Assembly (NCBI GenBank): GCA_963422205.2
Contig: CAXMWX010000001.1
Coordinates: 128,001 to 192,000 of the forward strand
Direction of reading: 5' to 3'
Source of the DNA: Gammaproteobacteria bacterium
GTDB taxonomy: Bacteria > Pseudomonadota > Gammaproteobacteria > Eutrophobiales > Eutrophobiaceae
DNA: 64,000 nucleotides
The translations under genes and the position numbers were made by a program. The notes under the pieces were generated by a model. It was given only the letters and a program-made list of their open reading frames with translations. It did not search any database and was not told where the DNA came from. Below are positions 41,689 to 51,982 of this stretch, piece by piece; within the stretch, counting starts at the first letter, position 1; the number at the start of each line of letters is the position of its first letter.

Positions 41689-43210
41689 TCAAGGCATTCC
41701 CAGCCGTTGCCTGTCCAGATAGCGGTAAGAGATCGCTTCTGCCAAATGGTTAGCTTCGATCTGTGCCGATTGCTCCATGTCGGCGATCGTGCGGGCGACT
41801 TTTAATATCCTGTAGACTCCTCGGGCCGATAGCCGCAGGTGTTCAGTTGCCTGGCTGAGGAGTTGCTGCTGGGCCTTCCCAAGCCGGCACAGGGATTCAA
41901 GGGTGGCGTTGGTGAGCTTGGCATTCACAACCTCTTGCCGCTGCTCCTGCCAGGCCCGGGCACGGCTCACCCGCTCCCTGACCGCGGCGCTTTTTTCACT
42001 GTTTTTTTTGCCGAACTTCTGCATCAGCTCGGTGGTGATGTTGGTCACTTCAATATGCAGATCAATGCGGTCTAACAGGGGCCCGGAGATCCGCGCCCAG
42101 TACCGCCGGATCTGCTCGGCATTGCAGCTACAGCGGTCAGATTGATCGCCCAGGTAGCCACAGGGGCACGGATTCATCGCGGCAATGAGCTGGAAGGCCG
42201 CCGGAAAGCTGACCTGTGCGGCGGCCCGGGAGATACTGATCTGGCGTGATTCCAGCGGCTCTCTGAGCACTTCCAGCACATGCCGTTTAAACTCCGGCAG
42301 CTCATCTAAAAACAACACGCCGTGGTGCGCCAGTGAGACCTCGCCTGGCCGGGGGCGGCTGCCGCCGCCTGTGATGGCAACGGCCGATGCGGTGTGGTGT
42401 GGCATACGCATGGGCCGGATCTTCCAGTTTTCCGGCTGAAAGCCGCCGCGACTGATGGACTGGATGGCGGCGCTCTCCAGCGCCTCTGCCTCGCTCAAAG
42501 CCGGCAGAATCCCCGGCAGGCGCTCGGCCAGCATGGTCTTGCCGCTGCCCGGCGGGCCGACCATCAGCAGGTTATGCCCACCGCTGGCGCAGATCTCCAG
42601 GGCGCGCTTGGCATTGACCTGACCATGCACATCGGCCAGATCATGACCGCAGGTGGCCGGCATGGGCCGGGGCGGCGGCGGCATCGCCTGTAGCTGGCCG
42701 GGCTGGGTGAGTTCATGACATATCTCCAGCAGGTGGGTTGCCGGCAGGACGGACAAGTCCTGCACCATGGCGGCTTCGGCGGCGTTTGTCTCTGGCAGGA
42801 TCAGTTTTTTTCCCGCCTTGTGGACGGCGGTGGCAATCGGTAAGACGCCGCTGACAGAGCGCAGGCTGCCGGTCAGTGCCAGCTCGCCAATGAATTCATA
42901 ATCCGGCCAATGCGGTGGCAGGAAGCTGTTTTGATGCCGCCAGAATGCCGATAGCGATGGCCAGATCGTAACGTCCGCTTTCCTTGGGCAGATCGGCCGG
43001 GGCCAGGTTGATCGTGATGCGTTTCAACGGGAACTCAAAGCGGTTATGCAGGATGGCACTGCGTACCCGCTCTTTGCTCTCTTTCACCGCGGCTTCCGGC
43101 AGGCCGACGATAGACAGGGCGGGCAGGCCACGAGAGAGGTGCACTTCAACGGTCACTGCCGGGGCATGTATCCCCATCAATGCACGGGAATGAATGATAG
43201 CAATATCCAT
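41689..43210 (-). pseudogene. comM: ComM/YifB Mg-chelatase-like AAA+ ATPase with a +1 frameshift near 42901-42905
   Basis: 5' part (IVGLPEAAVKESKERVRSA, INLAPADLPKE) and 3' part (GPPGSGKT, LFLDELPEF, AMNPCPCG) are in different frames. Removing one base gives ...YEFIGELALTGSLR... and a continuous 506-aa protein. Confidence 0.88.
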
Positions 43211-43255
43211 TTATCGCCCTTCGTGGAGTCAGGTTGGGTCGGTTAAGGCCGGGGG

Positions 43256-43507
43256 TTAATCCTTGTTGTGCTGCTGTTCCAGATCGGTAATTTTGCTTTC
43301 CAACTCATCCAGGGCGATGCGTGTTCTGGCTAACAGGGCTGACTGTATATCGAACTCCTCCCGAGTGACCAGATTCATCCGCGCAATGGAGGCAGACAAC
43401 GCCGCCCGTATATTTTTCTCGATGTCCTGTTTTGAGCGTTCGATGTTCTCCGGCAGCAGCCGGAACACCTGCTGAACCAGCTCCTCTATCTGTTGTTTAT
43501 TTCTCAT
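43256..43507 (-). CDS. ubiK: Ubiquinone biosynthesis accessory factor UbiK (YqiC/BMFP family)
   Basis: 83 aa, NLVTREEFDIQSALLARTR coiled coil; usual position upstream of comM, divergent from glnK-amtB. Confidence 0.88.
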   Translation of the reverse strand: MRNKQQIEELVQQVFRLLPENIERSKQDIEKNIRAALSASIARMNLVTREEFDIQSALLARTRIALDELESKITDLEQQHNKD

Positions 43508-43663
43508 GCCTGGATGATCGATTGTTCTGTGATCCGTTGCCGTTCCGATGGGCAGTCTACCTTATGCAAGCCAGAATTCCATCTTCCAAGCCGCATCATA
43601 GCGAGGCGAGCGGTTTTTATCAGGCCCTGCCAGGCACACTGTCAGGAGTGGCGTTTGCTGCTT

Positions 43664-43680
43664 TGCACAAAACCAGTGCA
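43664..43680. promoter_or_regulatory. NtrC-binding site upstream of the TorF-like porin
   Basis: TGCAC-AAAACCA-GTGCA, perfect TGCAC-N7-GTGCA. Confidence 0.75.
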
Positions 43681-43754
43681 GCGGCGGTTTGCCGGGGCAG
43701 CAGGGCAGGGGCAATAAATTTTTAATCCATTGTAAAATAAAGAAAATTGGTTAC

Positions 43755-43770
43755 TGGCACAGTTTGTGTA
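43755..43770 (+). promoter_or_regulatory. Degenerate sigma54 (-24/-12) promoter
   Basis: TGGCAC-AGTTT-GTGTA: the -24 GG is intact, the -12 dinucleotide reads GT instead of GC. Confidence 0.5.
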
Positions 43771-43834
43771 TGTAAAGCATTTTGATGAGGGCTCTCCAGC
43801 CTCTTGACTACTATCGATAATAAGGAGATAGCCA

Positions 43835-44552
43835 ATGCAGAAAGCCCGTTTTGGGGTTATGTATTTTAACCGGTTGTATGAGTTCAGCCGTGCTTGTGGC
43901 TGAACCATCACCACACAGCGTCAGTGCGACCATGACGTTTACCACCGATTATCTATACCGGGGCATATCGCAGACCAGTGAGCAGCCGGCCATACAAGGC
44001 AGTGTTGATTACAGCCATGAACCCTCCGGTCTGTACCTTGGCGGCTGGGGATCCAATGTCGATTTTGCTGCCAGTTCAGAGTTTGATATCTACGGGGGTA
44101 TCGCCGGGGAGCTGGCTAACGGCATGCGCTGGGATGTGGGCGGGGTGTATTATATTTACCCCGGTTCGAGTGCACAGCCAGAGGAGAATTTCGTTGAGGT
44201 GTATTTCAATACCGGTTACACGTTTGCGTATCCTTACCAGCCCACACTGGCGGCGGGCCTGGCGTATTCGCCGGACTTCTTCGGGGAAGATGGGGCGGCC
44301 GTTTATGTCTATGGCAGTGTTGACTTCAGCCTGCCGCATGACTTTGGGCTGTCATTTCATGTCGGCTATCAGGATGTGGCCGGCGATCAGACGACCGGGC
44401 CAGCCGGTTTTAATTACAGCCATTACAGCATCGGGCTTGGCCGGCAGTTTGGCCAGTGGGAGGTGTCGGCTTCCTGGAATGATGCCGAGGATGATTGCGG
44501 CGGCGGGGGGATCTGCCAGGCGGTGGTTGCCAGTATCTCCGTGGGTTTCTAA
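43835..44552 (+). pseudogene. TorF-family putative porin (TIGR02001/NlmA-like) with a +1 frameshift in the signal peptide
   Basis: AAGGAG RBS then ATG 43835 is out of frame with the body. Deleting one C of GCCC (43845-43847) gives MQKAVLGLCILTGCMSSAVLVA-EP. Body has TDYLYRGISQT, PAIQG, YLGGWGSNVDF and a terminal Phe. Confidence 0.8.
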
Positions 44553-44719
44553 TCGGCATCATCAGTCACTGACACCATGTAGCCAGCCCCCCTTGACCTG
44601 CGCTGTTTTGCTGATGGTGTGTGGACGCTGCCGGGCTGGCTTTCAGGTGCTGCGGCCCTCTTCACGCCCTTGGCCTCAGCTTGGGGCGGGCTTTTAAATC
44701 TCTCCTCATCTCAAGCCAC

Positions 44720-44748
44720 CTGCAATTCTGTCGATGGCTTGGTATGAT
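44720..44748 (+). promoter_or_regulatory. Candidate sigma70 promoter for the first P-II gene
   Basis: CTGCAA-17 bp-TATGAT with TG extended -10. Confidence 0.55.
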
Positions 44749-44796
44749 ACAGCATGGCAATCAGCCCTTACCTAACAGCCAAGAGGATCAAAGACA

Positions 44797-45135
44797 ATGA
44801 AGCTACTGGCCGCCGTCATCAAACCTTTCAAGCTGGATGATGTCAGAGAGGCCCTGTCACAGGCCGGCATACAGGGGCTGACCCTGACCGAGGTCAAGGG
44901 CTATGGTCGGCAGAAGGGCCATACCGAGTTATACCGAGGGGCGGAGTATATTGTTGATTTCCTGCCCAAAATCAAAATAGAAATCGCCCTGGAAGATAGC
45001 CAGGTGGAGGCGGCGATTGAGGCGATCACAAAGGCCGCCAGCACGGGCAAGATCGGCGATGGGAAGATCTTCGTCTATGGCCTGGATCAGGTGGTGCGGA
45101 TAAGAACGGGTGAAACCGGTGCCGATGCCCTGTAG
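44797..45135 (+). CDS. glnK: Nitrogen regulatory protein P-II (copy 1)
   Basis: 112 aa; [28 protein letters not shown] (Y51), [10 protein letters not shown]. Confidence 0.93.
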   Translation: MKLLAAVIKPFKLDDVREALSQAGIQGLTLTEVKGYGRQKGHTELYRGAEYIVDFLPKIKIEIALEDSQVEAAIEAITKAASTGKIGDGKIFVYGLDQVVRIRTGETGADAL

Positions 45136-45191
45136 CCCCCAACCCTTAGCTGATCGCCTAATCCCCCCTCGCTTCCCGGTCGGGTACAGGC

Positions 45192-45208
45192 TGCACCAGT
45201 TTGGTGCG
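45192..45208. promoter_or_regulatory. NtrC-binding site upstream of glnK2-amtB
   Basis: TGCACC-AGTTT-GGTGCG. Confidence 0.8.
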
Positions 45209-45283
45209 GCTGATCCTTAGAATGTACTGGCTGTCCCCCGTCAATCTGAGCTAATTCATTGTTTTTATTTGGTTTATATTTAT

Positions 45284-45732
<449 letters not shown>

Positions 45733-45745
45733 TGAGGACACTACC

Positions 45746-47047
45746 ATGAAGTTATCAACGCTATTTTCTGCAACCCGGCTGCTGGTGCTGCTTGCCGTCT
45801 TAACCCCCATCACAGGCCATGCCGAGGAGGCCGGTGTCAATTCGGCGAATACCGCCTGGTTGCTCACCTCAACCGCACTGGTGTTGTTCATGACCTTGCC
45901 GGGTCTGGCGCTGTTCTACGCTGGCCTGGTCAGGAGTAAGAACGCGCTCTCGGTGCTGATGCAGTGTTTCACCATTGCCTGCGTCAGTTCATTGCTGTGG
46001 TTAATTTTGGTCTATGGCTTGGCCTTCGGCGATGGTGGCCGCATGAACTGGTTTATCGGCCTGGGGAATTTCTTCGCCTCCGGCCTGACGATAGACAGCC
46101 TCAGCGGTGATCTGCCCGAGAGTGTCTTCTTCATGTTCCAACTGACCTTTGCCATCATCACCCCGGCGCTGATCGTGGGCGGATTTGCCGAGCGCATGCG
46201 TTTCTCTGCCGTGGTTTGGTTTTCCGGCCTCTGGTTGATCCTGGTATATGCCCCGGTGTGCCATTGGGTCTGGGGCGGCGGCTGGCTGGCCGACCGGGGG
46301 TTTCTGGATTTTGCCGGCGGTACGGTGGTGCATATCAATGCCGGCGTGGCGGCGATTGTGGCGGCGCTCGTTCTGGGTAATCGCCATGGCTTCCCGCAGA
46401 CGATGATGTTACCGCACAATATGACGATCACAGTGGCGGGGGCTTCCATGCTGTGGGTCGGCTGGTTTGGTTTTAATGCCGGCAGTGCGCTGGCGGCGGA
46501 TGCCAGTGCGGGCATGGCCATGCTGGTCACGCACATCGCCGCCGCATCCGGTTCGCTGGCCTGGATTGCCTGTGAATGGATCAAACACGGCAAGCCCAGC
46601 GTGTTGGGCATCGTCACCGGCATGGTGGCAGGCTTGGGTACGATCACGCCGGCATCGGGTTTTGTCGGCCCGGTGGGCGGGCTTATCATCGGCCTGCTGG
46701 CGGGCGTGATCTGCTATTTTGCCACCCAGTACATCAAGCGCTCGCTACGCATTGATGACTCCCTGGATGTCTTTCCGGTACACGGCGTGGGCGGTGCTTT
46801 AGGCACCTTGCTGACGGCGGTATTCTACGCCTCCAATATGGGCGGGCTGGCAGCGGCCGATTACTCCATCGCCTCGCAGTTGTTGATCCAGGCCACCGGG
46901 GTGCTGGCAACCATACTCTGGTGTGCCATCGTCAGCTTTGTGCTGCTGAAGCTGCTTGATGCGGTGATTGGCTTGCGCGTCAGTGCAGAAGATGAGACCG
47001 AAGGCCTGGACATCATCTCCCATAACGAGCGGGGATATAATTTGTAA
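45746..47047 (+). CDS. amtB: Ammonium transporter
   Basis: Start MKLSTLF after GAGG RBS; LVLFMTLPGLALFY, FQLTFAIIT, DFAGGTVVH, WFGFNAGS, DDSLDVFPVHG. Confidence 0.96.
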   Translation: MKLSTLFSATRLLVLLAVLTPITGHAEEAGVNSANTAWLLTSTALVLFMTLPGLALFYAGLVRSKNALSVLMQCFTIACVSSLLWLILVYGLAFGDGGRMNWFIGLGNFFASGLTIDSLSGDLPESVFFMFQLTFAIITPALIVGGFAERMRFSAVVWFSGLWLILVYAPVCHWVWGGGWLADRGFLDFAGGTVVHINAGVAAIVAALVLGNRHGFPQTMMLPHNMTITVAGASMLWVGWFGFNAGSALAADASAGMAMLVTHIAAASGSLAWIACEWIKHGKPSVLGIVTGMVAGLGTITPASGFVGPVGGLIIGLLAGVICYFATQYIKRSLRIDDSLDVFPVHGVGGALGTLLTAVFYASNMGGLAAADYSIASQLLIQATGVLATILWCAIVSFVLLKLLDAVIGLRVSAEDETEGLDIISHNERGYNL

Positions 47048-47067
47048 GATCAAGCAACCACCCTGGC

Positions 47068-47104
47068 AAAAAAACGGCTGCTTTTGGTGGCCGTTTTTAT
47101 TTTC
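47068..47104 (+). terminator. Rho-independent terminator after amtB (possibly bidirectional)
   Basis: AAAAAAACGGCTGC-ttttg-GTGGCCGTTTTT-ATTTTT. Confidence 0.75.
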
Positions 47105-47145
47105 TCCGGCAGGAAAAGTACCTGCCTGCCTGACAAAACCTGCTA

Positions 47146-47174
47146 TTCCAATCGTATGGCACAGCCCTTAAAAT
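47146..47174 (+). promoter_or_regulatory. Candidate sigma70 promoter for the cNMP-rhodanese gene
   Basis: TTCCAA-17 bp-TAAAAT. Confidence 0.5.
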
Positions 47175-47219
47175 GATACGCTTGGCCCTACACACAAGAC
47201 AGTCGCCCCGGGGAAGAGC

Positions 47220-48272
47220 ATGGTCGAGTTGGTTGATAAAAATTTATTAAAAAAATTCGTGCCTGCAAATGCCTTGAATGCGGACAATTACCGGGAGCTT
47301 TCCGGCAAGACAACGCTGGAGAGTATCGCCGCCGGCAAGGCGGTTTTCAGCATCGGTCAGACAGATCGCAAGACGGTGTTTTTAGTGGAAGGCGAGCTGG
47401 TAGTGCGAAATAACAGTGGCAAAACCAGCCTGGTGAGAGCGGGCACGGAGGCCGCCCGCCATGCCATTGCCAATAATCAGCCGAGAAAACACACCGTCAT
47501 CGCCAAGGTGCCATCAAAAATTATCCGCATTGACAGTGATTTGCTGGATGTATTAATCACCTGGGATCAGTTATCTGGCATTGAGGTGGGCGAAATTGCC
47601 ACTGAGGATGACGATGATGATGAGGATGTAACCAGCGACTGGATGACTCGTATTTTGCAATCGAAGGCATTTTTCAAGGTGCCGCCTGCCAATATCCAGG
47701 CCATGTTCATGCGTATTGAGGAGATCCCGGCCAGTCAGGGCGATACGATTATCAGGCAGGGCGACACGGGCGATTATTATTACATGATCAAGCTCGGCAA
47801 CTGCAAAGTGACACGCACCTCCAAGACCGGCAGCGAACTGGTGCTGGCCGAGCTCAACGATGGCGATGCCTTTGGTGAAGAAGCCCTGTTATCTGAGGAG
47901 AAACGCAATGCCAATGTCATCATGACTTCCAATGGCCGGCTGATGCGCTTGTCCAAACAGGACTTTAACGAGCTGCTGAAAGAACCCATGCTGAGCTGGG
48001 TGAGCCGTGCTGAGGCAAAAAAGCTGGTGGCGGCTGGCGGTGTATGGCTGGATGTCAGATTGAGCAGTGAACACAAGAATAATGCGATCAAAGGCAGCGC
48101 CAACATTCCTTTGTTTATGTTGCGTATGAAAGCGGAGAAACTCGATCCGAAGACAAATTATGTTGTGTATTGCGATACCGGCAGACGCAGCTCCGCTGGT
48201 GCATTTTTATTAAGCGAGAGGGGACTAAGAGCCTATTGCTTGACAGATGGTTTTAGCACAGGTGCTGCTTAG
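47220..48272 (+). CDS. Protein with tandem cyclic-nucleotide-binding domains and a C-terminal rhodanese domain
   Basis: Degenerate first cNMP fold, acidic linker, second cNMP with GDAFGEEALL...RNANV, rhodanese LDVR...YCDTGRRS. Confidence 0.85.
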   Translation: MVELVDKNLLKKFVPANALNADNYRELSGKTTLESIAAGKAVFSIGQTDRKTVFLVEGELVVRNNSGKTSLVRAGTEAARHAIANNQPRKHTVIAKVPSKIIRIDSDLLDVLITWDQLSGIEVGEIATEDDDDDEDVTSDWMTRILQSKAFFKVPPANIQAMFMRIEEIPASQGDTIIRQGDTGDYYYMIKLGNCKVTRTSKTGSELVLAELNDGDAFGEEALLSEEKRNANVIMTSNGRLMRLSKQDFNELLKEPMLSWVSRAEAKKLVAAGGVWLDVRLSSEHKNNAIKGSANIPLFMLRMKAEKLDPKTNYVVYCDTGRRSSAGAFLLSERGLRAYCLTDGFSTGAA

Positions 48273-48306
48273 AGCAGGGCTTTAAGCCTGCCCATGGAGC
48301 CTGCCT

Positions 48307-49149
48307 GTGGACCTGGTACTGCCCGCTGATAAAGATAATTATTGTGTCATGGGCAACCCCGTTGCCCACAGCGTATCGCCGGCTATCCATGCTCGCTTTG
48401 CCGCCGAACTACAGCAGCCCGTGCATTATCAGGCATTGCTCGCTCCCAGGGATGATTTCGCCGCCACCCTGATGCGGTTTTTTGAAGCCGGCGGCAAGGG
48501 CTGCAACATCACACTGCCGTTCAAGCAGCAGGCGCTGGGGCTGGCCGACAGGATCAGCCAGCGCGCCCGGCAGGCCGGGGCGGTGAACACGCTTGCCCGT
48601 GATCCGGCCGGCCTTATCCGGGGCGATTCGACTGACGGCATCGGCCTGATGCGTGATCTGGCGCATAAACATATCCACCTGGCGGGCAAGACGGTGCTGA
48701 TTGCCGGGGCAGGTGGCGTGGTTCACAGTGTGATGGCGCCGTTGCTGCACGCCGGGCCGGAGAGGATAACCATCGCCAACCGGACGCTTGCCCATGCCGA
48801 GGCCATCGTGGCGCTGTTTGGCGGCAGTGAGGCGGCGGTCTCCTGCTGTGCTTATCAGGCGTTGCGGGGGAGGCGTTTTGAGGTGGTATTCAATGCCACG
48901 TCAGCCGGCCTGCTGACAGGCGAGGTGCCGCTGCCCGATGGCATTCTGGCGAGCCGTGCCGTGTGTTACGATTTGGCCTACGGCAAGGCGGCCCGGCCCT
49001 TTCTTGACTGGGCAGAGCATAACGGGGCAGCATTGCGTACGGACGGCTTGGGTATGCTGGTAGAACAAGCCGCCGAATCGTTTTATCTCTGGCGTGGGGT
49101 GAGGCCAGAGACAGCCGGTGTCCTGGCTGGCTTGCAGGCACAGATGTGA
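48307..49149 (+). CDS. aroE: Shikimate dehydrogenase
   Basis: GNPVAHSVSP, GCNITLPFK, GAVNT, TDGIG, GAGG, DGLGMLVEQAAESF. Confidence 0.95.
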   Translation: MDLVLPADKDNYCVMGNPVAHSVSPAIHARFAAELQQPVHYQALLAPRDDFAATLMRFFEAGGKGCNITLPFKQQALGLADRISQRARQAGAVNTLARDPAGLIRGDSTDGIGLMRDLAHKHIHLAGKTVLIAGAGGVVHSVMAPLLHAGPERITIANRTLAHAEAIVALFGGSEAAVSCCAYQALRGRRFEVVFNATSAGLLTGEVPLPDGILASRAVCYDLAYGKAARPFLDWAEHNGAALRTDGLGMLVEQAAESFYLWRGVRPETAGVLAGLQAQM

Positions 49150-49200
49150 TTAGCTGATCGTGACCCGTGTTGCCCGGGGGCGGATAAGCCCCTTAACCGC

Positions 49201-50517
49201 TTATAAGCCCTGCAATTTATCCATGACATCCGGCAGCCAGGTGATGAGAGCAGGAAAACAGGCCAGCAAAATGATCGCCGCCACCTGTATCAACACAAAC
49301 GGGATAATGCCACGATAGATGTGCTGGATACGTACCGTATGAGGGACGACGGCTTTGAGATAAAACAGGGAAAAACCAAACGGCGGGGTGAGGAAAGAGG
49401 TCTGCAAATTGATAGCGATCAACACCGACAACCACAGCAGATCGATCTGCAGGGACTGGGCAATGGGGGCGAGGATCGGAATAACGATAAAGCAGATCTG
49501 CAAAAAATCGAGAAAAAAACCGAGGATAAAAATCAACAACATGCTGACTAAAATAAAACCCCAGGCCCCGCCGGGCAGACGGGTCATCACATCAAAGACC
49601 AGCATATCCCCTCCTAAGCCTCTGAACACCAGCCCAAAAGCCGTTGCCCCGATCAGGATAAGAAACACCATGCTGGTCAGGCGGGCGGTTAATTGCATGG
49701 CCGCTTTCAGGTTCTCACGGGTCAGCCGCCGGTGCAGGGCGGCCAGAGTCAGGGCGCCCAGAGCGCCCACAGCGGCGGACTCGGTCGGTGAGGCGATGCC
49801 AAAAAATATCGAACCCAGCACGCCGATCACGAGTAATAACGGGGGCAGCAGCGTGACAACGATCGCAAAGAAGAGAGACTCAGTGTCCGGGGCGGCGGCG
49901 ATGGCCGGGGCGGTCTCCGGTTTGCGCCAGGCGGTGAAACTGATATACAGCAGGAACAGCAAGACCAGCAACAGGCCGGGGACAACAGCACCGATAAACA
50001 AACGGCCGACCGGCACGCCCATCACATCGCCCAACAGGATCAAGATGATACTCGGCGGGATGATCTGCCCCAGGGTACCAGCAGCGGCAATCGTTCCAGA
50101 GGCGAGTTCAACCGCATAACCCCGTTTGAGCATGGTGGGCAGGGCGATGATTCCCATTGTCACCACGGTCGCCCCGACAACCCCGGTCGTGGCGGCCAGC
50201 ATGGCCCCGACAATCACCACCGAGATGGCCAGCCCACCGCGTAATTTTCCGAACAAACGTCCCATGGTCTCCAACAGTTGTTCGGCAATGCCGGATTTAT
50301 CCAGCACGATACCCATAAAAATAAACAACGGCACGGCAAGCAGGGTAAAGTTGGTCATAATTCCCCAGATTCGCAGCGGCAGCAGCTTCAAAAAATCCAG
50401 CCCAAGAAAAGCCGTGCCGAACACCATGGCGACAGCGCCCAGCGTGAAGGCGACCGGATAGCCCAGCATGAGCATGCACATGAGACAGACAAACATCAGG
50501 ATGATCCAAAGGCTCAT
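49201..50517 (-). CDS. dctM: TRAP transporter large permease (DctM, FcbT3-like)
   Basis: LAVPLFIFMG, AATTGVVGATV, GTLGQIIPPS, LQTSFLTPPFG. Confidence 0.92.
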   Translation of the reverse strand: MSLWIILMFVCLMCMLMLGYPVAFTLGAVAMVFGTAFLGLDFLKLLPLRIWGIMTNFTLLAVPLFIFMGIVLDKSGIAEQLLETMGRLFGKLRGGLAISVVIVGAMLAATTGVVGATVVTMGIIALPTMLKRGYAVELASGTIAAAGTLGQIIPPSIILILLGDVMGVPVGRLFIGAVVPGLLLVLLFLLYISFTAWRKPETAPAIAAAPDTESLFFAIVVTLLPPLLLVIGVLGSIFFGIASPTESAAVGALGALTLAALHRRLTRENLKAAMQLTARLTSMVFLILIGATAFGLVFRGLGGDMLVFDVMTRLPGGAWGFILVSMLLIFILGFFLDFLQICFIVIPILAPIAQSLQIDLLWLSVLIAINLQTSFLTPPFGFSLFYLKAVVPHTVRIQHIYRGIIPFVLIQVAAIILLACFPALITWLPDVMDKLQGL

Positions 50518-51037
50518 CGCTCTTCCCCGGTCAACAGGTAGATGAGATTTTGCAGCGCCTGGCTTACCCCCTGAATCATGAGCAACAGAAAAGCAGCAGG
50601 AATGACCGCTTTTATCAGCCAGCGATGCGGCAGGCCGCCCGGATCAGGCGAGCTTTCCCGGTGCATATAGGCTTGTTCTATAAATGGCCAGGTGCTGATG
50701 ATGATCAGCAGCGCAAAAGGCATGAGCATGAACAGGGCGCCAAGCAGATTGACCCAGGCACGCTTGCGAGGATTCATAAAGCGGCTTTTATAAAACAAGT
50801 CCAGGCGCACATGATCATCATGCTTTAAGGTATAGGCCGCGCTGAGTAAAAAAATCATGGAGAACAGGTGCCATTCCATTCCTGTAACGCGATAGAGCCG
50901 CTTTGAAACAGATACCGCATGGTCACATCGTAACTGACCAGGAGAACCAGCACTAACACCAGCCAGGAGACAAGCCTGCCGCTGAATTCCGTGAACCTGT
51001 CAAGTGCCTGTTGAATATGTCGCAGTATGGATAGCAT
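50514..51037 (-). pseudogene. dctQ: TRAP transporter small permease (DctQ) with a -1 frameshift near 50879
   Basis: 5' ORF ends ...YDVTMRYLFQSGSIALQE and 3' ORF begins xEWHLFS...HVRLDLFY...SPDPGGLP. DNA reads GAA-TG-GAA-TGG; one added base restores a 174-aa protein. Confidence 0.85.
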
Positions 51038-51190
51038 GGTGTGCAGTGTTATTCCTTTAAGCCAAGGTAGCTTAATTCATTCTTTCAATAAAAACCATGC
51101 AGCACCCAAAGAGGATCATCGGGGATCACAGGGTGTTTTGATCTTAAATTTTATGCTTGTTTGTCTTGCGTGTTTGTGTGCCGTGCAGAT

Positions 51191-51982
51191 TCAAGGCTGT
51201 GCCATGTAATTGGCGATCCTGATATAGTCGCTGATGCTTAATTGCTCGGCCCGGTGCGCTGTTGGGATAGTCAACCGGACCAGGTCTGTCTTGCTGATAT
51301 GCTGCTTGAGCGAGTTACTGATTTTTTTCCGTCGCTGGCTGAATGCAGCGCGTACGATGGCGGCAAACCTGTCCTGATTTAAGATGCGCTGTTTGCGATC
51401 CGCATCGGGGGTGATCCTGACCAGGCTGGAGTCCACCTTGGGTGGTGGTGAGAATGCACCGGGCATCACATCGAATTGTTTGCTCACCCGACACTGTGCC
51501 TGCAACATCACACTTAATCTGCCATAACTCTTCCCGCCACAGTCGGCACAGATCCGCTCCACCACTTCTTTTTGCAGCATAAACAGCATGTCAGCAATAT
51601 GCCGGGTGGCATTGAGCAGATGAAATATCACGGCGGTGGAGATATTATAAGGCAGATTACCAACGATAAAAATTTTATCCGCCGCATAACAGGAAAAATC
51701 AAACTGCAACACATCACAGGCATGTATCTGTACGCTGTAACCCGCCAGTTTTTGGTGCAGACATTCCACCAGATCACGGTCAAGTTCAATGAGTTCAAGG
51801 CGGGGGTATTTCTCTGCCAGGTGTGTTGTTAATGCGCCCCGCCCCGGGCCGATTTCAATGATGCGCTGTTCGGTGCCTGCCGGCAGGCAGTGCATGATTT
51901 TGTCGATGATATACGCATCGTGCAGAAAGTGTTGCCCAAGTCGTTTGTTTGGCCGTTCCCCCGGTGCGTATTCTGATCTCAT
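51191..51982 (-). CDS. rsmA: 16S rRNA m6,2A dimethyltransferase
   Basis: KRLGQHFL, IEIGPGRG, GNLPYNIST, MLQKEV, YGRLSV, PPPKVDS. Confidence 0.96.
   Translation of the reverse strand: MRSEYAPGERPNKRLGQHFLHDAYIIDKIMHCLPAGTEQRIIEIGPGRGALTTHLAEKYPRLELIELDRDLVECLHQKLAGYSVQIHACDVLQFDFSCYAADKIFIVGNLPYNISTAVIFHLLNATRHIADMLFMLQKEVVERICADCGGKSYGRLSVMLQAQCRVSKQFDVMPGAFSPPPKVDSSLVRITPDADRKQRILNQDRFAAIVRAAFSQRRKKISNSLKQHISKTDLVRLTIPTAHRAEQLSISDYIRIANYMAQP

Noticed and set aside
44581-44641. AGCCAGCCC...GGGCTGGCT hairpin as SRP RNA or other ncRNA
   Set aside because: Lacks the SRP domain IV motif; no recognisable family; may simply be a terminator-like stem.
47158-47173. TGGCAC-AGCCC-TTAAA as a sigma54 promoter
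   Set aside because: The -12 GC is absent, no NtrC site is nearby, and a sigma70 match explains the region.
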